The notes under the pieces were generated by a model. That model was not told the DNA's origin, did no database searches, and saw only the letters and a program-made list of their open reading frames with translations. Source: Octopus vulgaris (taxonomy: Eukaryota). From it: a stretch of 64,000 nucleotides of DNA. The stretch covers positions 46,252,001 through 46,316,000 of the forward strand of contig OX597820.1 of the NCBI GenBank assembly GCA_951406725.2, given 5' to 3'. Position 1 is the stretch's first letter. The number at the start of each line of letters is the position of its first letter. This document shows positions 11,618 to 26,511 of the stretch, piece after piece. A program made the position numbers and the translations under genes.

Positions 11618-13683
11618 CTTGAACATATGGTAGAATGAATTAAATGTTGCGTTGCATAAAGTTAACATATTGTGTAGAAAATATAAAATTATACTTTTCA
11701 TAGTTTGACTATATACACCTTGGCATACACCTCCACACATCTTTATACAACTATTCGTGCCTATTCGTTTCTCAATCTATCCAGTTATATCTTTAGCTAT
11801 ATACATATATGTATAAACTGTATAAATGTATTTCCGTATAAATGTAATTATACTGTCTCACACTTAGACATCTGTATCTTCGTACATACTTGCGTTTCTA
11901 TCTGACCAAATATAAACAACCAGCCTTTTTATTATAGCAACACACAAGTATTATTTATGAAAAAAAAGCAATAAAATAAACCAAACATTTTAAAATAGAT
12001 TCGACTGATACAGACAGATGGGGTACTGTTAAACTTCAAACTCTTCCCACTGTCTCTCTTTCTTTCTCTCTCTCTCTCTCTCTCTCTCTCATTCTCTCTC
12101 TCGCCCTCCATCACTCTCTCTTCACATTACTATTGACAAACATCAGAACAACGAATTACCAAGAGTAATAATTAACTTAAACCCAAATACGAATGCAAAC
12201 TAGGCCAACATTTCACACCAACAATGATAACATTCAAAGGAAACTGTCAAATCTAGTAACGTCGATATATAGGCGGACAAAAAAACTGTAGTTTTATGCA
12301 GTGGGGAATCTGTGGTGCCTTTTCGATCTTCAACCACTTTTTGAAAATTGCCTAGCAGGTTTCGCCATACATACACATATTCATATATATACGTACATAC
12401 ATACAAAGATGCACATGAAATACATACATGTACACACAGACACACACACATTCTCTCTTTTTCCTGTTCATACACACATGCTCTTTCTCTCTCTCTCTCT
12501 CGCACACACACACACGCACACACACACACGCACACACACACACGCACACACATACAACCAAAGCAATGCGACAACTCTGTTACAGCCTCTTCTATCATCC
12601 CATGCCCTCTGATCCCAAGCTCACAACCACCTTCTTGTTTGCTCCACCAGCTTTTCAGCTCATTTCCTGCTCCTTCCTCACTCACTAACTCCTTCCGTAA
12701 CGTCCGCAACCTCTAGTAACCCAATTATCTATTTATTCCTCGAGATCCACAAACCCGGAAACCCTTCCTGCTTCACTGTCTCTGCTTGTAACTGCTCCGC
12801 CGTACTCATCTCCACCTACAGCAACAACCTCTTTGCACCCCTTGTTGCTACCCTTCCCTCCCACAGTTACGATACCAACCATGCCCTCCTCCTCTTTAAC
12901 TTTAACTCCTTCTTCTCTCCTGGCCCTCCAGTTTCACCATAAATATCAGTTCTCTTTACACCATTATCTCTCACGTTGTGCCCTAAATCTTCTCTCAGTG
13001 AAAGGCTAGCATTTTAATAAATCACTCAAGTTCTGTTAAATGCAACTACATCATGTATTCTACATATGCTAGTGTATAACCAAAAACCAATACTTGAATC
13101 ATTTATTTTTCATTTATTACTAAAATACTAAAATGTTTGTATGTTTATAATAAAGACAGAGTAGTTGGTTGAAATTTAGTTGCCGTAAACTGATGTCTTG
13201 TGTGCAGTATGGTGAAGAAAAACGAGTGGGATATGGATGAAAAAGAAAGAAAGAGAGGAAAATCGATCTTGGCATGATATATTATTTATGTTAACTAGTA
13301 CTTTACTTATCAATTCCGAAAGAATTAAAGGCAAATTAGGTCTCAGCTGGATGTGAACTCAGAGTGGACAAGGCCGGAAAATATATAGCTAGGTATTCTA
13401 ATCAACACTCTAACGACTCTCTCAATTCGACGGCTTGTAGTATTGAAAGTTCTTTCAACATTACATTTCGTCGAAGGGGAGATAACTCAAACAGCAATCG
13501 AATTTTTGTTAGCTACCACTCTTCTGGATTTATTCCACTAACAAATTAATTAATTAACTGACTAATTGACTATCAAATTGTTAAACTTCATTCCGTTATT
13601 ATTTGATATTTATTTCTATTTTGTTCTGTCCCATCGTGAAAGATTTCTGTTTTTTAAGCAACATCTTATTCTATATTTTGCAG

Positions 13684-13974
13684 TCTGCCAAAACCATTCC
13701 AACGAATTAATTATTGTTTTGGACACACGAACCCGGAGTCGCGAAAACTGCTTGTTTGTTGTTTGTGAGCAGCTTTTTATTCCATACATTAGCGTATTTG
13801 GTTTCCTGCCCGGATACGAGACATCATTTACAAAGTCCCAATCTAAACTCATGCCACCAGCATTATCGATGAGGGCATCATTTGCAGACTACCAAGCTCT
13901 CTTTTCTGATCTGATCAGACAAATAAATATTTCCTTGGATACCCTGACTGTTATATATGATGCTGACAACAAAG
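13684..13974 (+). CDS. iGluR/IR-like receptor exon, amino-terminal domain
   Basis: ttttgcag acceptor, AAG|gtacat donor, 291 nt, phase 1-1; CQNHS...VVCEQLFIPYIS...LSMRAS...DLIRQ...TVIYD follows the iGluR ATD pattern (C..L.IP.I; S.RP; DLI; IIYD). Confidence 0.85.
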
Positions 13975-14084
13975 GTACATTCTATTTAATTGCTTCTTTT
14001 TGCTGTTTGTTTCCGTTTCTATTCAATAGATCCATCCCGCATCACCAAAACCAAAACTAGGATTGCAGCCATTACATCAGGCGC

Positions 14085-14357
14085 TGCCACTAAAACCACC
14101 ACTCTCACCACCACCACCATCACCACCACCATCACCACCACCATCACCATCACCACCACCGCCGTCGCCGCTATCGTCACCATCACCACGGTCATCCCTA
14201 TTGCCACACGTATCATCAACGGCACCACCACCTTCATCACAAACTGTAACCAATGTCACCACTAACGCCACCAACACCGCCACCACCACCACCACCACCA
14301 CCACAACCACCACCAAAACTTCTACTACTACTACTGCTGCTGCTACTACTACTACTG

Positions 14358-14417
<60 letters not shown>

Positions 14418-14420
14418 ACA
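14085..14420. repeat. (CAC)n/(CTA)n microsatellite
   Basis: Direct reading. Confidence 0.95.
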
Positions 14421-14449
14421 TGATCACAACCGTAAAACACTGACACTAA

Positions 14450-14752
14450 TGACTTAATCGTCAATAACCATATCGAAAGCAAGCCGATAGAAATTTCTAA
14501 AAAAATTCGTTATTATCGGATCGGTCCCAATTTCTGAGTTAATTCATTTAGAATTTTCTCGTCATCAGCGGTAAATACGATAAGAAAATAAATGAGATAC
14601 TTACTTGTACCCATAAAAGAAATAAATACTAAGTCATGAGCACACTTAAGTACCCGATACGACAATAACGAATTTTTTTAGAAATTTCTATCGGCTTGCT
14701 TTCGAGACGCGTGCTTATAGTGATAAATTATATGGTTATTGACGATTAAGTC
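14450..14752. repeat. Fold-back element with split, degenerate hammerhead parts
   Basis: 14472-14517 is inverted at 14659-14704 and 14450-14470 at 14731-14752; CTGATGA on - strand near 14565; GAGAC-GCGT on + strand near 14705. Confidence 0.6.
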
Positions 14753-14905
14753 TATTTTCAGCTTATTCGGCATTGAAATTCTTTTTTTGCCCTTGTTTAT
14801 AAGTTGTTTATATATATATATGTATGTGTGTGTGTGTGTGTATATACATATACATATATATGTATATATTTCAAGATATCATTCTGTTGTTGTCATATAT
14901 TGCAG

Positions 14906-15078
14906 AGTTAACATCTATATTTGATTCCTACAACGAACAAGGTTCCACATTCCTCCTAACCTACGAAATTGGCTCAGTGCTATATGACAATGTCTTTCAG
15001 AATCTACAGAGTAAAATGGACACCAGAAACTTTCTAGCTTTCGGTAACACGACGGCTCTAGAGTCAGTTTGGGAGAAG
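14906..15078 (+). CDS. iGluR/IR-like exon (ATD)
   Basis: ttgcag acceptor, AAG|gttagt donor, phase 1-0; ELTSIFDSYNEQ...RNFLAFGNTTALESVWEK. Confidence 0.85.
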
Positions 15079-15840
15079 GTTAGTATGATGTCCCTTTATA
15101 TGGTCATATGTATTGCACCATTTCCAGTAGGTACAGGGTCAGTGCAGCTTTTGACTTCTCTATCCAAAGGGATTTTATCCCCAAATTTTCACGCTATTGT
15201 TTATATCTTTATCAGCTTCCAGTTTCACCGCTCTAAAAGATAAAAATAATTCGTTTTCTCTTTGTTACATATAACTCATATTTGTACGAAGAATATACAA
15301 ACATGTACGCGTAAGTGTATATATATGTGCGCGTATGTGTGTATGTATGTATACACACGCATACGCAAACACATGCACACACATATATGCAGATAAATAC
15401 TTATACATCTACGTAATCATACAGCTATATAAACGATCACACTACACCCGTTTTGGCTGAAAATATTGTCAAGCCACATTTAGAAAATTTTCGGTCGAAC
15501 GGTTGAATAATGATTGGTTAAATAAATAAATGTATGCTCTATAAAAGTGAAGACGTGTGACCTAGTAGTTAGTCTGTTGCACTCACGATCTTACAATCGA
15601 GGTTTCGATTCCCAGACCGCTGCATTCTTGAGCAAAATATTTACTTTCAGGTCATTCTACTTCACTCAGCTGTAAATGAGTTCTAGAAATAACTGAGAAA
15701 CTAATACTAACATTGACTGACATCCTGTTCAAGGTGGAATGCTGTAATTCTAGTCACTTATACACCACGGAAGCCGAATAAAACTCCAGTCTTATGTGCA
15801 TCGGAGTTCATCATAGATCGTATGTTATTAAAGAAAGAAA

Positions 15841-16020
15841 GGCGGTGAGCTGCCAGAATCGTTAGCGAGTCGGGCAAAATACTTAGCGGTATTTCGTCCG
15901 TCCTTACGAACGAAATACCGCCGAGATCAAGACAATAAGTACCAGTTGAGTGCTGGAGTCAATGTAGTCGACTATCCCCTTTCCCCAAATTTCAGGCCTT
16001 GTGCTTATAGTAGAAAGGTT
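15841..16020 (+). mobile_element. SINE family A, internally deleted
   Basis: Head and old-type tail present, core shortened. Confidence 0.75.
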
Positions 16021-16180
16021 TATGAAAGAAAGATAGTAGAAACATTGATCAGCTTCGACTTAAATGGCTGCACATATACGATTTGATCTCAATTTCATTG
16101 AAATTTTATTTGTTTTATATTGTCTTCTCTCACTCTCTGTTTTGTTTTGTTTGTTTTTTTAAAATAAAATTCTGATATAG

Positions 16181-16330
16181 GCGAAAGCAAACAATCTTCT
16201 CTCCGAATTTCACCAATGGGTGGTTGTTGTAACCGACAACCAGCTTCCAGTTTGTCGTAACTGCTCTGATTACATAGTCATGTTACTGCCTGTGACATTG
16301 TCGAACGAGTCTACTTGTAATACATCGTCG
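16181..16330 (+). CDS. iGluR/IR-like exon (ATD)
   Basis: atatag acceptor, TCG|gtaagt donor, 150 nt, phase 0-0; AKANNLLSEFHQWVVVVTDNQLPVCRNCS...TCNTSS. Confidence 0.85.
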
Positions 16331-16585
16331 GTAAGTATAGCTTCTCGATTTGCATTGGTATACTTTGCTGCTTTCTGCATGCTCACATCGATGCAAATAG
16401 TTTGGACTTAAGACATCATTTCAGGCCTTTAGTGATCACGCGTCGGATTATAATAGTAAAGAGATCTAATTGGAATCTTTACTACTTTACTAAGTAAGCA
16501 CAATACAGCCAGATGGTTCGTAAGTTCACTGACAGTTGCTAAGGACACATATGTAATTCCACATTGAGGCATCTCGAGACAAATA

Positions 16586-17151
16586 TTGGGTTGTCCGGAA
16601 AGTTCATGCCGATTTTTAAAGGAAAGAAAAAGGGCAATAAATACTTGCCATTGCATTTTTAATCAACCAAATATGAACCATTTGTTGCACAATGCGTCTC
16701 CATCTTTCCTTTAACTTGAAAATACCCTCTTTCCAGAATTGAGGTGGTTTCATGGCAAAGAATTCATCAAGGTATCTTTTTACGTCATCCAAAGAGTTGA
16801 AATTTTTTACCATTAAGACTATTCTGCACAAACCTAAATAAGTAAAAATCCGAAGGAGCAATATCTGGTGAATATAGAGGGTGGGGTAACACATCCCAGC
16901 CGAAATGCAGCAATTTTTGTCTGGTTCCAATAGCATCAAGTGCCGAAAAGGAACTTTCTTATCTTCTATTTTAAAGGGTTACAGAATTAACACAGGTTAT
17001 AGGAACATAAACCTTCTTCCACGAAAAGATAGCTTAAACTGTATTCTAAATGGAGGTGTAGTCAAATCCTATTTTATAGACTCAACCATGTTCTAAAATA
17101 AGTCGAACGGTAAGCTACTCTAAATCGGCACGAACTTTCCGGACAACCCAA
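16586..17151 (-). mobile_element. Internally deleted mariner element
   Basis: About 30-bp TIRs ttgggttgtccggaaagttc.tgccgattt with TA on both sides; transposase C-terminus FNSLDDVKRYLDEFF...FWKEGIFKLKERW. Confidence 0.9.
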
Positions 17152-17303
17152 TATATTTTACCATAGTCTGGGATCGACCCAAGTCTCGTGAGAGAAACTG
17201 GTGAGCGGAAACTTTAAATAATCCCTTCAAATGGATTGTATCAGTATTTCAAAGGCCGATCTTTTCCTCACACTCAACCACTTACAAGCTGATTCTATGA
17301 ATA

Positions 17304-17521
17304 TGAGGGGTTGCTAAAAAAAGTTCTGGCTGTTGGCAAAAGAAAATACAGGAGGCTCAGTTAATTATGATTTTATTCAACTTATTCTTCTCTCAGATTC
17401 ACATACTTATTGCAGCGATCCTTCAGTTTTTTTAATCTCTGTAAAAGAACACTGAAGTCTGGGCCTGCAACCAGGTCCATCTCGAAATCCTTAGAGCCAC
17501 GAACTTTCCAGCATCCCCTTG
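17304..17521. mobile_element. Mariner-like MITE
   Basis: Imperfect TIRs gaggggttgctaaaaaaagttctggct / agccacgaactttccagcatcccctt with TA flanks. Confidence 0.6.
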
Positions 17522-18159
17522 TATATAGATCAGTTGATCTATATACGACTGAAACAAAGAAATTCTGAGCGAGATTTTTAAAAAATAAATCACAAAATTT
17601 ATGAAAAATTACATTACCTCATAAGAACAGTCAGTGTACATTCCATGAAACGTGGTATTCCAGGTAAAGTGCACGTGTCGGTTTAAGTGCTTTGCCAAAG
17701 ATTTTCTGGATACTAATTACTCTAATAAATGATCAGAAATACTTCTCGAATAATTCTAAATCTCAGCAGCATTATAAGCATGTTTTACATACCATCGCTA
17801 ATATAGTGTTCAAATCCTCTCAAAACATGTATATAATAACAGATATAGAAAGAAGTGTACATGAAATGGTATGAGCACACATATGATATTTAGACACATA
17901 CATACATACATACATACATACATACATACATGCATACATACATACATACACACACGCATATACACATACACACATATATTGTGTATGTATGTATAAATTT
18001 ATATGTATATAAGTATGTATAAATAAGTATGTTTGTTTGTACATATATACGCGCGTGTATGTACATATATATATAAATTAATAATAAATATTTGGGAATA
18101 AATCCAAACTTACAGGGGAAAATCAGATTTAGGATTGAATCCAATTTTATAGTAAAATA

Positions 18160-18494
18160 TATATTAAATTAGAGATAAAACCACTATTAGGCAAATCATA
18201 CAATGAAAAACTTAAGCCAATACATAAGATTATTTAATTTATATTATTTAAATATATAATCAATGGACTCATTGATTAAACCTCGCCAAGTTAAATATTT
18301 AAACCACCTGATGAATGACTGTAACTCGAAAATTTAAAGAAATTAACAGCCATGAAACGATCGTAGTGTTATATTAATTATATTTTTTTACTAATTTTGT
18401 TATATATTTAAATAATATAAATTAAATAATCCTATGTATTGGCTTAAGTTTTTCATTGTATGATTTGCCTAATAGTGGTTTTATCTCTAATTTA

Positions 18495-18499
<5 letters not shown>
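18160..18499. repeat. Fold-back Penelope-type terminal repeat, near-perfect arms of about 100 bp
   Basis: 18160-18259 is inverted at 18400-18499; (TA)n follows. Confidence 0.9.
18303..18370 (+). ncRNA. Type I hammerhead ribozyme motif, intact core
   Basis: cac-CTGATGA-atgactgt...acagccat-GAAAC-GATC-GTA-gtg; palindromic ACGATCGT helix III. Confidence 0.75.
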
Positions 18500-18562
<63 letters not shown>

Positions 18563-19143
18563 TACTTATGACAACATGCATACGTACATACTTGCACACG
18601 TATACATATACATAATTCTCAAAATTTAATAAAAAAATAAATAAAAACGGACGTCTGTCGTTTAGTTGCAGCTCATGCTTAATCCTGCAGAGTTATGATA
18701 AAAAGTTTTTAAGCAATAACAATCACGACCTTTTCTTTTACATAGTCTAATGTATTCTTCGGTTTTTTAAAATAAAAGTTGGCGTGAGGTTGGACAAGTT
18801 TAGCAGCTGTATTTAGTGGATCGAAATACTGCGTAGAAGCCTTTTCTTTGCCCAGGTGTGGTATTCTAGTACCGTGGTATGATATCGTTGTGCCAGGACT
18901 CAAAATGTATAACTGGAATAGAAATGGAAAAGAATCTGAATGAAGATAAATATATGTCAAAACGAGGCTGAGATTCCTTAAATAATATATTCTGAATCAG
19001 AAATATTGATTTTGTATTCATCTTTTTCTGTTAACTGCAGATTCTAATACTTTTGTTGGCTAGATTTATGAAGAATTATCAAAGATTATTTTTGTATCCC
19101 TTTTCATTACAGATATAATTTGTTTCGTTCGCTATATTAAGTA

Positions 19144-19519
19144 CGAGCAAAACACCCACAGTGCTGAGTTGTCAAACGTTTAAACCAAATTTTCTCGAAA
19201 CAACTTGTCCGACCGTCCCATTTTGTGGCATTATTTCAAGCCAGCCGGCTGTTTTGCGCAAACTGAACGTGCATTTTTCTCGCGTACGCGTAGTATCGTT
19301 CACAACAGCTGATGTACTTGCGCGTACAAATGCACGTTCCCGCGGCTTTATCGATCGCGTTCTCACCTGGAATCGATTTTTGTAATTTTTTCAAGACTTA
19401 TACACGCCCTGATGCCGTCGGTAAACACATATCAAATTTGAGCGCAATCGGATGGAGGATGCCCGAGATCCTAGAAAACACATACACACACACAGACAGA
19501 ACGGATTTTATATAATAGA
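19144..19519 (-). mobile_element. Non-autonomous Helitron-like element
   Basis: A|TC 5' end, subterminal hairpin, CTCG|T 3' end (CTRR variant); 5' part resembles 41443-41696. Confidence 0.5.
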
Positions 19520-20493
19520 TAATAGCCTTCCCTCCTCACACTTACATATATACTCATATACATACACATGTGAGTGTTATTCACGGAGAAGCTATCTTTA
19601 AGTTATTTTCCTATGTTGTTATTTTAAATTATATCATCAATAAATTATTTCTCCCACTCAAACTCCTAATCTGTACAATCATTCTAAGATCTAGTAACTA
19701 CAAATATGAAATTACTTTGCTGGAAGAAGTCTAACAAGACAGAAGCATATATAGAATTATCACTGTACACACGAAAGATAAGATGCCCTTCCCTCTGTAT
19801 ATCTCCATTTAGTTTTCTTTTATTAATTTGCATTTCGAAGTTGTCTCCCTTGACTTTTCAATAAAATTTATTATTAATGCTGATAACCTTTCTCTTTGTT
19901 CGGACTGAGATTTTATTTGACTGAATTGTTTGTTCTGTCAATTACGCCATCTGATTATTCTTCCATTGTTGTGAAAAAATTGCCTTGCAATGCATCTTTA
20001 CCATCGTATGCGCCATAGGTTAGTGGTTAGAGCGTTCAATTCAAGACAAAAGTTCGTGAATTCAATCCCTGTAATTGGATGCATTTTGTGTCATTGAGCA
20101 AGGTACTTCACTTCATGTTACTCTAGTTTATTATCTGCAATGAGTATATCAGCCGAGGGTTGGGGTAACCCTCTTGCCCTTTAGCTGTCACGTCTTAGAT
20201 ACACCGTTGTGTCAAGAATCAATGTGCCGAGAGGGTGTCTGCAACTGCTCGCGACTACAGAAACACCTAAAACATGTTACCAAACCAAACTCAACTCACA
20301 CATGACTGACAGCTGATTTAGTTAAGTCCTTTTGCGGTCAACTTTAAATTTCAGTAGGGAAAATATCTACATGTCACGCTACCTATCACTCCACACTGGA
20401 TCAATAAAAAAGGATATAAATAATGTAATGTTTGATTGGTCTCTTCGAACTATAAATTGGTGGTCATTTCCAAAGTTAGAATTTCATTAATAT

Positions 20494-21920
<1,427 letters not shown>

Positions 21921-22739
21921 CTTCTCCTCTTTCATACCCTCCACCTTGTATCTAAAGTCGATCTCCATCACGTCTGTTGCCATTCATGCCTGCCAACTAG
22001 GGAATCAGCCTCTACAAGTTAGTTCGACTTTCTAGAAATAGTAACTATATTCTCTCTCGAATCACACCCTAAGAATATATTGGAGGCTTTAATCACAGGC
22101 ATACTATAACTGAAAAATATGGTTGGATGATCATAGCTGGAACGCTTTTTGTCATAGGTTCACCCATTGAAATTTGCTCAGGCGTTAAACAAGAGTAAAA
22201 ACAACAGCGAGGACGTTTATATGTGATCACTCGATCGCGTAGAAATAACAAGTCATATATACATCAAATAACATACTCTACCTGTCTTAAAAAGAGGAGT
22301 GAATTGGATAATATAGATCTATATCTAAAAGTTAAAAACAAAAAATTCAAGTAGAAACATATAAGCTAAAGACAAAGTTTATTTTAAAAGAATATATCCC
22401 AGGGCCCTGTATGACACGTGTGACAGCTCTAACTTTTCACTGACCATAATTTCAATCTGGTTTTAATTCCCATCTACAATTTCATCACTGTTTTCACTAA
22501 TGTATTAGAAAAGAATAGCAGGACTTTCCACTCCTTATTTCGCGTATTTTGTTGTGTTTCATACTTGTGATTGCATGCACTAAGCACGGGTATGGCTACG
22601 GAGAATATTTTGTAATTATGATAATATATTCATAATTCTATATTAAATATGTTGTTTCATTTGCCAGAGCGTACACACGCACCCGTCGCACGCACACTCA
22701 CATACAAACCGGTTCCCACACTTATGCATAAACGTAATT

Positions 22740-23180
22740 ATGTTGAACAATAAAAGATTTATTTATCAAAATTCGAACAAGGGATTCAGAAGGATGTAGA
22801 TTTTATAACCGATTTCACAGAGCTTCCCAAATGCTCAATATGCGCACCGCCTATGACACGATACACGTCCAGCTTCTGCTAAATGTCTTGCGTAACATTC
22901 TCTAGCACCTCAGTGATTCTCTGCTTGAATTCCTCTAGGCTTGCAGGAAGAGGTGGGATATAGACCAGTCCTTTCACATAGCCCCATAAAAAAATCACAA
23001 GGTGTCAAGTCTGGCGAACAGGATAGCCATGTTAACAGCACATTGTCATTATCACTGGCATGCCCGATCCAAACTTAGGTTTTACACATTTGATTAAAAT
23101 TTGAGATCACTTGAGCGCGAATTGGCTATGTTGTTAGACTCCGAAATTACGTCAATTTTGTGGGGAGGACAGCCGGTATA
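22740..23180 (-). mobile_element. Tc1/mariner superfamily transposase relic
   Basis: WLSCSPDLTPCDFF-(frameshift)-WGYVKGLVY matches WPPRSPDLTPCDFFLWG. Confidence 0.75.
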
Positions 23181-23289
23181 TCAGACCTATGACTTCGTGA
23201 TCCGTATTTTATGATTGTATGTATTGTGTCTGTAACCAGGTAATATAACTCTTAATGGTTCACTCTCCTTAAGTCTAAAACATTGTTAA

Positions 23290-23540
23290 TGTGTAAACAA
23301 GAAGTATCAAGAAAACAATGAAACACAGAACGCGAGTACGCAAGCATATAATTACTCAGGGGATAGAATAAAGTGAAATTCAACGTTTCGGATATTGACC
23401 CTTTGTCTGGAATAGAAAGTGAAGATAAGGAAAGAGGTGCGAAGCAGTCAAAGTGAAAGCAGCGTAAAGAATGAGGAACGGAAATAGAAGAGTAGAAGTG
23501 TGCTGAATGGTACTTTGAAGGCAAAAGGGTGGAACAAAAA
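23290..23540 (-). repeat. Penelope-type terminal repeat remnant with degenerate hammerhead
   Basis: cagacaa-agggt-caat-atcc-GAAAC-GTT at 23381-23410. Confidence 0.4.
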
Positions 23541-24532
23541 TAATCGAAGAACAGGAGCTTTTCAAGATTAACTTAGAACCCTGTGTATTAGTCAGATATA
23601 TTCTAAGTTGTCTCTCTTCGTGTTCTCTCCTATCGTAGATGACAGATGAGAGTTCCACAGCCCGTAGAAATGATTTGTTTATAGAGATCCTATGTTTGGG
23701 GTGTACATTAGCTCACGCTCTCCGTCAAATCGATATTGTCTGTACAAATGCCCAGTGTGCCACAGATCAGATGTCGCAGTACCAGAGACTGCCATCAATT
23801 AATCGCAGAGCAACGCGAGATGAAGTGTTTGATTCAAAAACACAATGCACTGCCCGTTGCGAGATTCGAAACTACGATCTTGCGACTGTGAGGTGCAACT
23901 GTCTAACCAATAAGCCATGTACCTTCTGTTTCCCCTCAATGCTCAGTCAAAAAATAATGTAACTTAATCCCTAATATTTCTTCTAAATTCTCTAATATTA
24001 ATCTACTGTTGCTATTTATAATGTTGATAACGTTGGAAATAAACACGCTATTATATTACTAGTACCACACTTGTATTTTTTTTCTTTTTTTGGCAATCTG
24101 AACAGTCTTATTCTGGTTACTGAATAATTATTAATTTTCTCGAATTTATTATAAATTCATTACTGTGATCTCCAGGCGAGCTGTAGAGTGTTAGAAACGG
24201 TAGAGACCTGGCCAAATTCTCTATGGTATTTAGTTGTAGTTGTTCTCAATTCTAATTTATGCAAACTCAAACTGAAAAGTATTCTAACCTCCGCCATCTT
24301 ATCTGTTTGAGAGTTTGTAGAACTGAATTTTATAACATATTGTCTCCTTCTCATTCTACAGACAACTGTAGGATGGGATTTGAAGGAGATTTAGTAACAA
24401 GAAGAGCGACTTCGTTGGCTCGTGATACTTAGTTCTTTCGTTAACGAATGCGTCGTTTTCTCCACGCTTCCTAAATATACACGGTACACACACAGATATA
24501 CACACACACATACACTGAAAGAAAGAGAGAGA

Positions 24533-24573
<41 letters not shown>

Positions 24574-25379
24574 CGAAAACTATCTTGCATTTAATGATTT
24601 AATCAACTGGTGGACAGTCGTGGAATTTGCTGTTGTTGTAGACTCCTACCATTTATTTTATCGATCCCGAAAACTTGGAAGATAAATTTGACTTCGGAGC
24701 GATTTGAACTCAGAGCGCAGTAAGCCGGAACAAATGCCATAGAACATCTTGCTCGACTCTCTAACATTTTCGCCAATCCACCTTCTTGAATTGTTTCCCT
24801 ATTTTATCAACCACGGTAGAAAGAATGAAAGGCAGAAGTGGGACTTGAATTCAGTGCGCAGGGAATCAGAATAAACATCACGATGCATTCTATCCAACAC
24901 TCTGAAACCACTCTGCTAATTCGCCGCCGAGTAAACCTATCTAAAATATCAATTTCTCTATTTACCACCTTATTAGCAATTACTATACTATATCGCAAGG
25001 CGATAAGTACCCAACCGTTAATGAAATCAATGTTACAGGTACCGTTTTGTTAAGTCAACAATGCGACATGGGTTCCATACCATAGTGGAACTGCTTTACA
25101 TAATTTATCTCACTATTGTAATGAACGACTCAATTTCTCATAACAGTTCTATATATTCTGAGATGAGGAAATTTTAGTCGGAGTGGTGTCCTTATCTTGA
25201 TTGTTACTTGATTGTTACTTTCGGTTGGGGTACGTTACAGCCTTCTTCAGGTGTCTTACGATTCACCTTAGTGCTTTGCCTGCGATTGAACTCAGAACCT
25301 CTAGGTGTCTGCACTCATAACAGTTTTTAAAAATCATAGACTTTATGGTTTCATATTCTTTTAATCTTAGGCATTTAAC

Positions 25380-25705
25380 TAAGGCCATGCTGGAACACTA
25401 CCTTTAAGGGGTTTTTTTTTAGTCGAAGAAATCGAGCCCCTTGATTTATTCTCTGTAAGCCTAGTACTTATTCTATCGGTCTCTTTTGCTGAACCGCTAA
25501 TTTACAGGGACGTAAACACACCAACATCAGTTGTCGAGAGATGGTGGGAGGACAAACACTGACACAAAGACACACACACACACACACACGCACACACACA
25601 TATATATGACGGACTTCTTTCAGTTTCCGTCTACCAAATACACTCACAAGGTATTGTTCGGCCCGAGGCTATAGCAGAAGAAACTTGCCCAGAGTGCCAC
25701 GCAGA
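25380..25705 (-). mobile_element. SINE family B
   Basis: Reverse complement similarity to 1823-2262. Confidence 0.8.
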
Positions 25706-25939
25706 TCGTTATTACTTTTTTTTAGTTTATGATTTTTTTTCTACGTGCCACACGAGATTGTTGTAACCATAAACTAAATACGGAATAATTGCTTGCCATG
25801 TTTCCACAAATACAACCGTATGTTCTTCCATCTACCCCAGTCCTCGAGTATTCTGGGAGATGTAAAAAAAGTACTTCTGTGAAAAACACTTATAAAAAGA
25901 AACCATTACGGCTGTTCTAGATACTGTTGTTACTGTTGC

Positions 25940-25970
<31 letters not shown>

Positions 25971-26228
25971 CATGCTGCTGGTGTTGTTATTATTATTATC
26001 ATTATTAATAGTAGTAGTATCGCGTTCATTAAGAATACCTGCTGCAAACACCATCGTTCAATTGACAGCCCAGTCTTGCCACTGGAGTGTAACCTCTTTA
26101 GCTGAGTAGGGGGTATAAAACCTTTGGCAAACACCCAACTGCTGACTGTTAACATTGCACACATTTCCCACCCTCCATTATTAATATTATCATTTTTTTT
26201 TCTATTGCCGTTGTTTTCGTCATCGTTG

Positions 26229-26263
<35 letters not shown>

Positions 26264-26467
26264 TTCTTCCACAATCTGCTCCTCGTCACCATCATCCATT
26301 TTCTTACCATTATTATTGCTAGTGAATCGGTGCTGACAAAAATGACAACGGCTTTAAATATAGCGATCGCCTTTGAATAAGAGAAAATGTTTCTTTTTTA
26401 ATTCTACATACAGTACTTATTATCAAAAGGATAAAAGAGGGAATGAAATCAAAACATGCTTTGTGTT

Positions 26468-26511
<44 letters not shown>

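Noticed and set aside
24160-24354. Minus-strand aagATGGCGG (YY1/Kozak-like) and short ORF as a first exon of a nested gene
   Set aside because: Weak donors, phase not compatible with the 20962 candidate, adjacent to repeat-like sequence
25970-26299. Minus-strand ORF with acidic run and cag|gtattc donor
   Set aside because: Acidic part is a (GAT)n microsatellite; remainder has no recognisable motif
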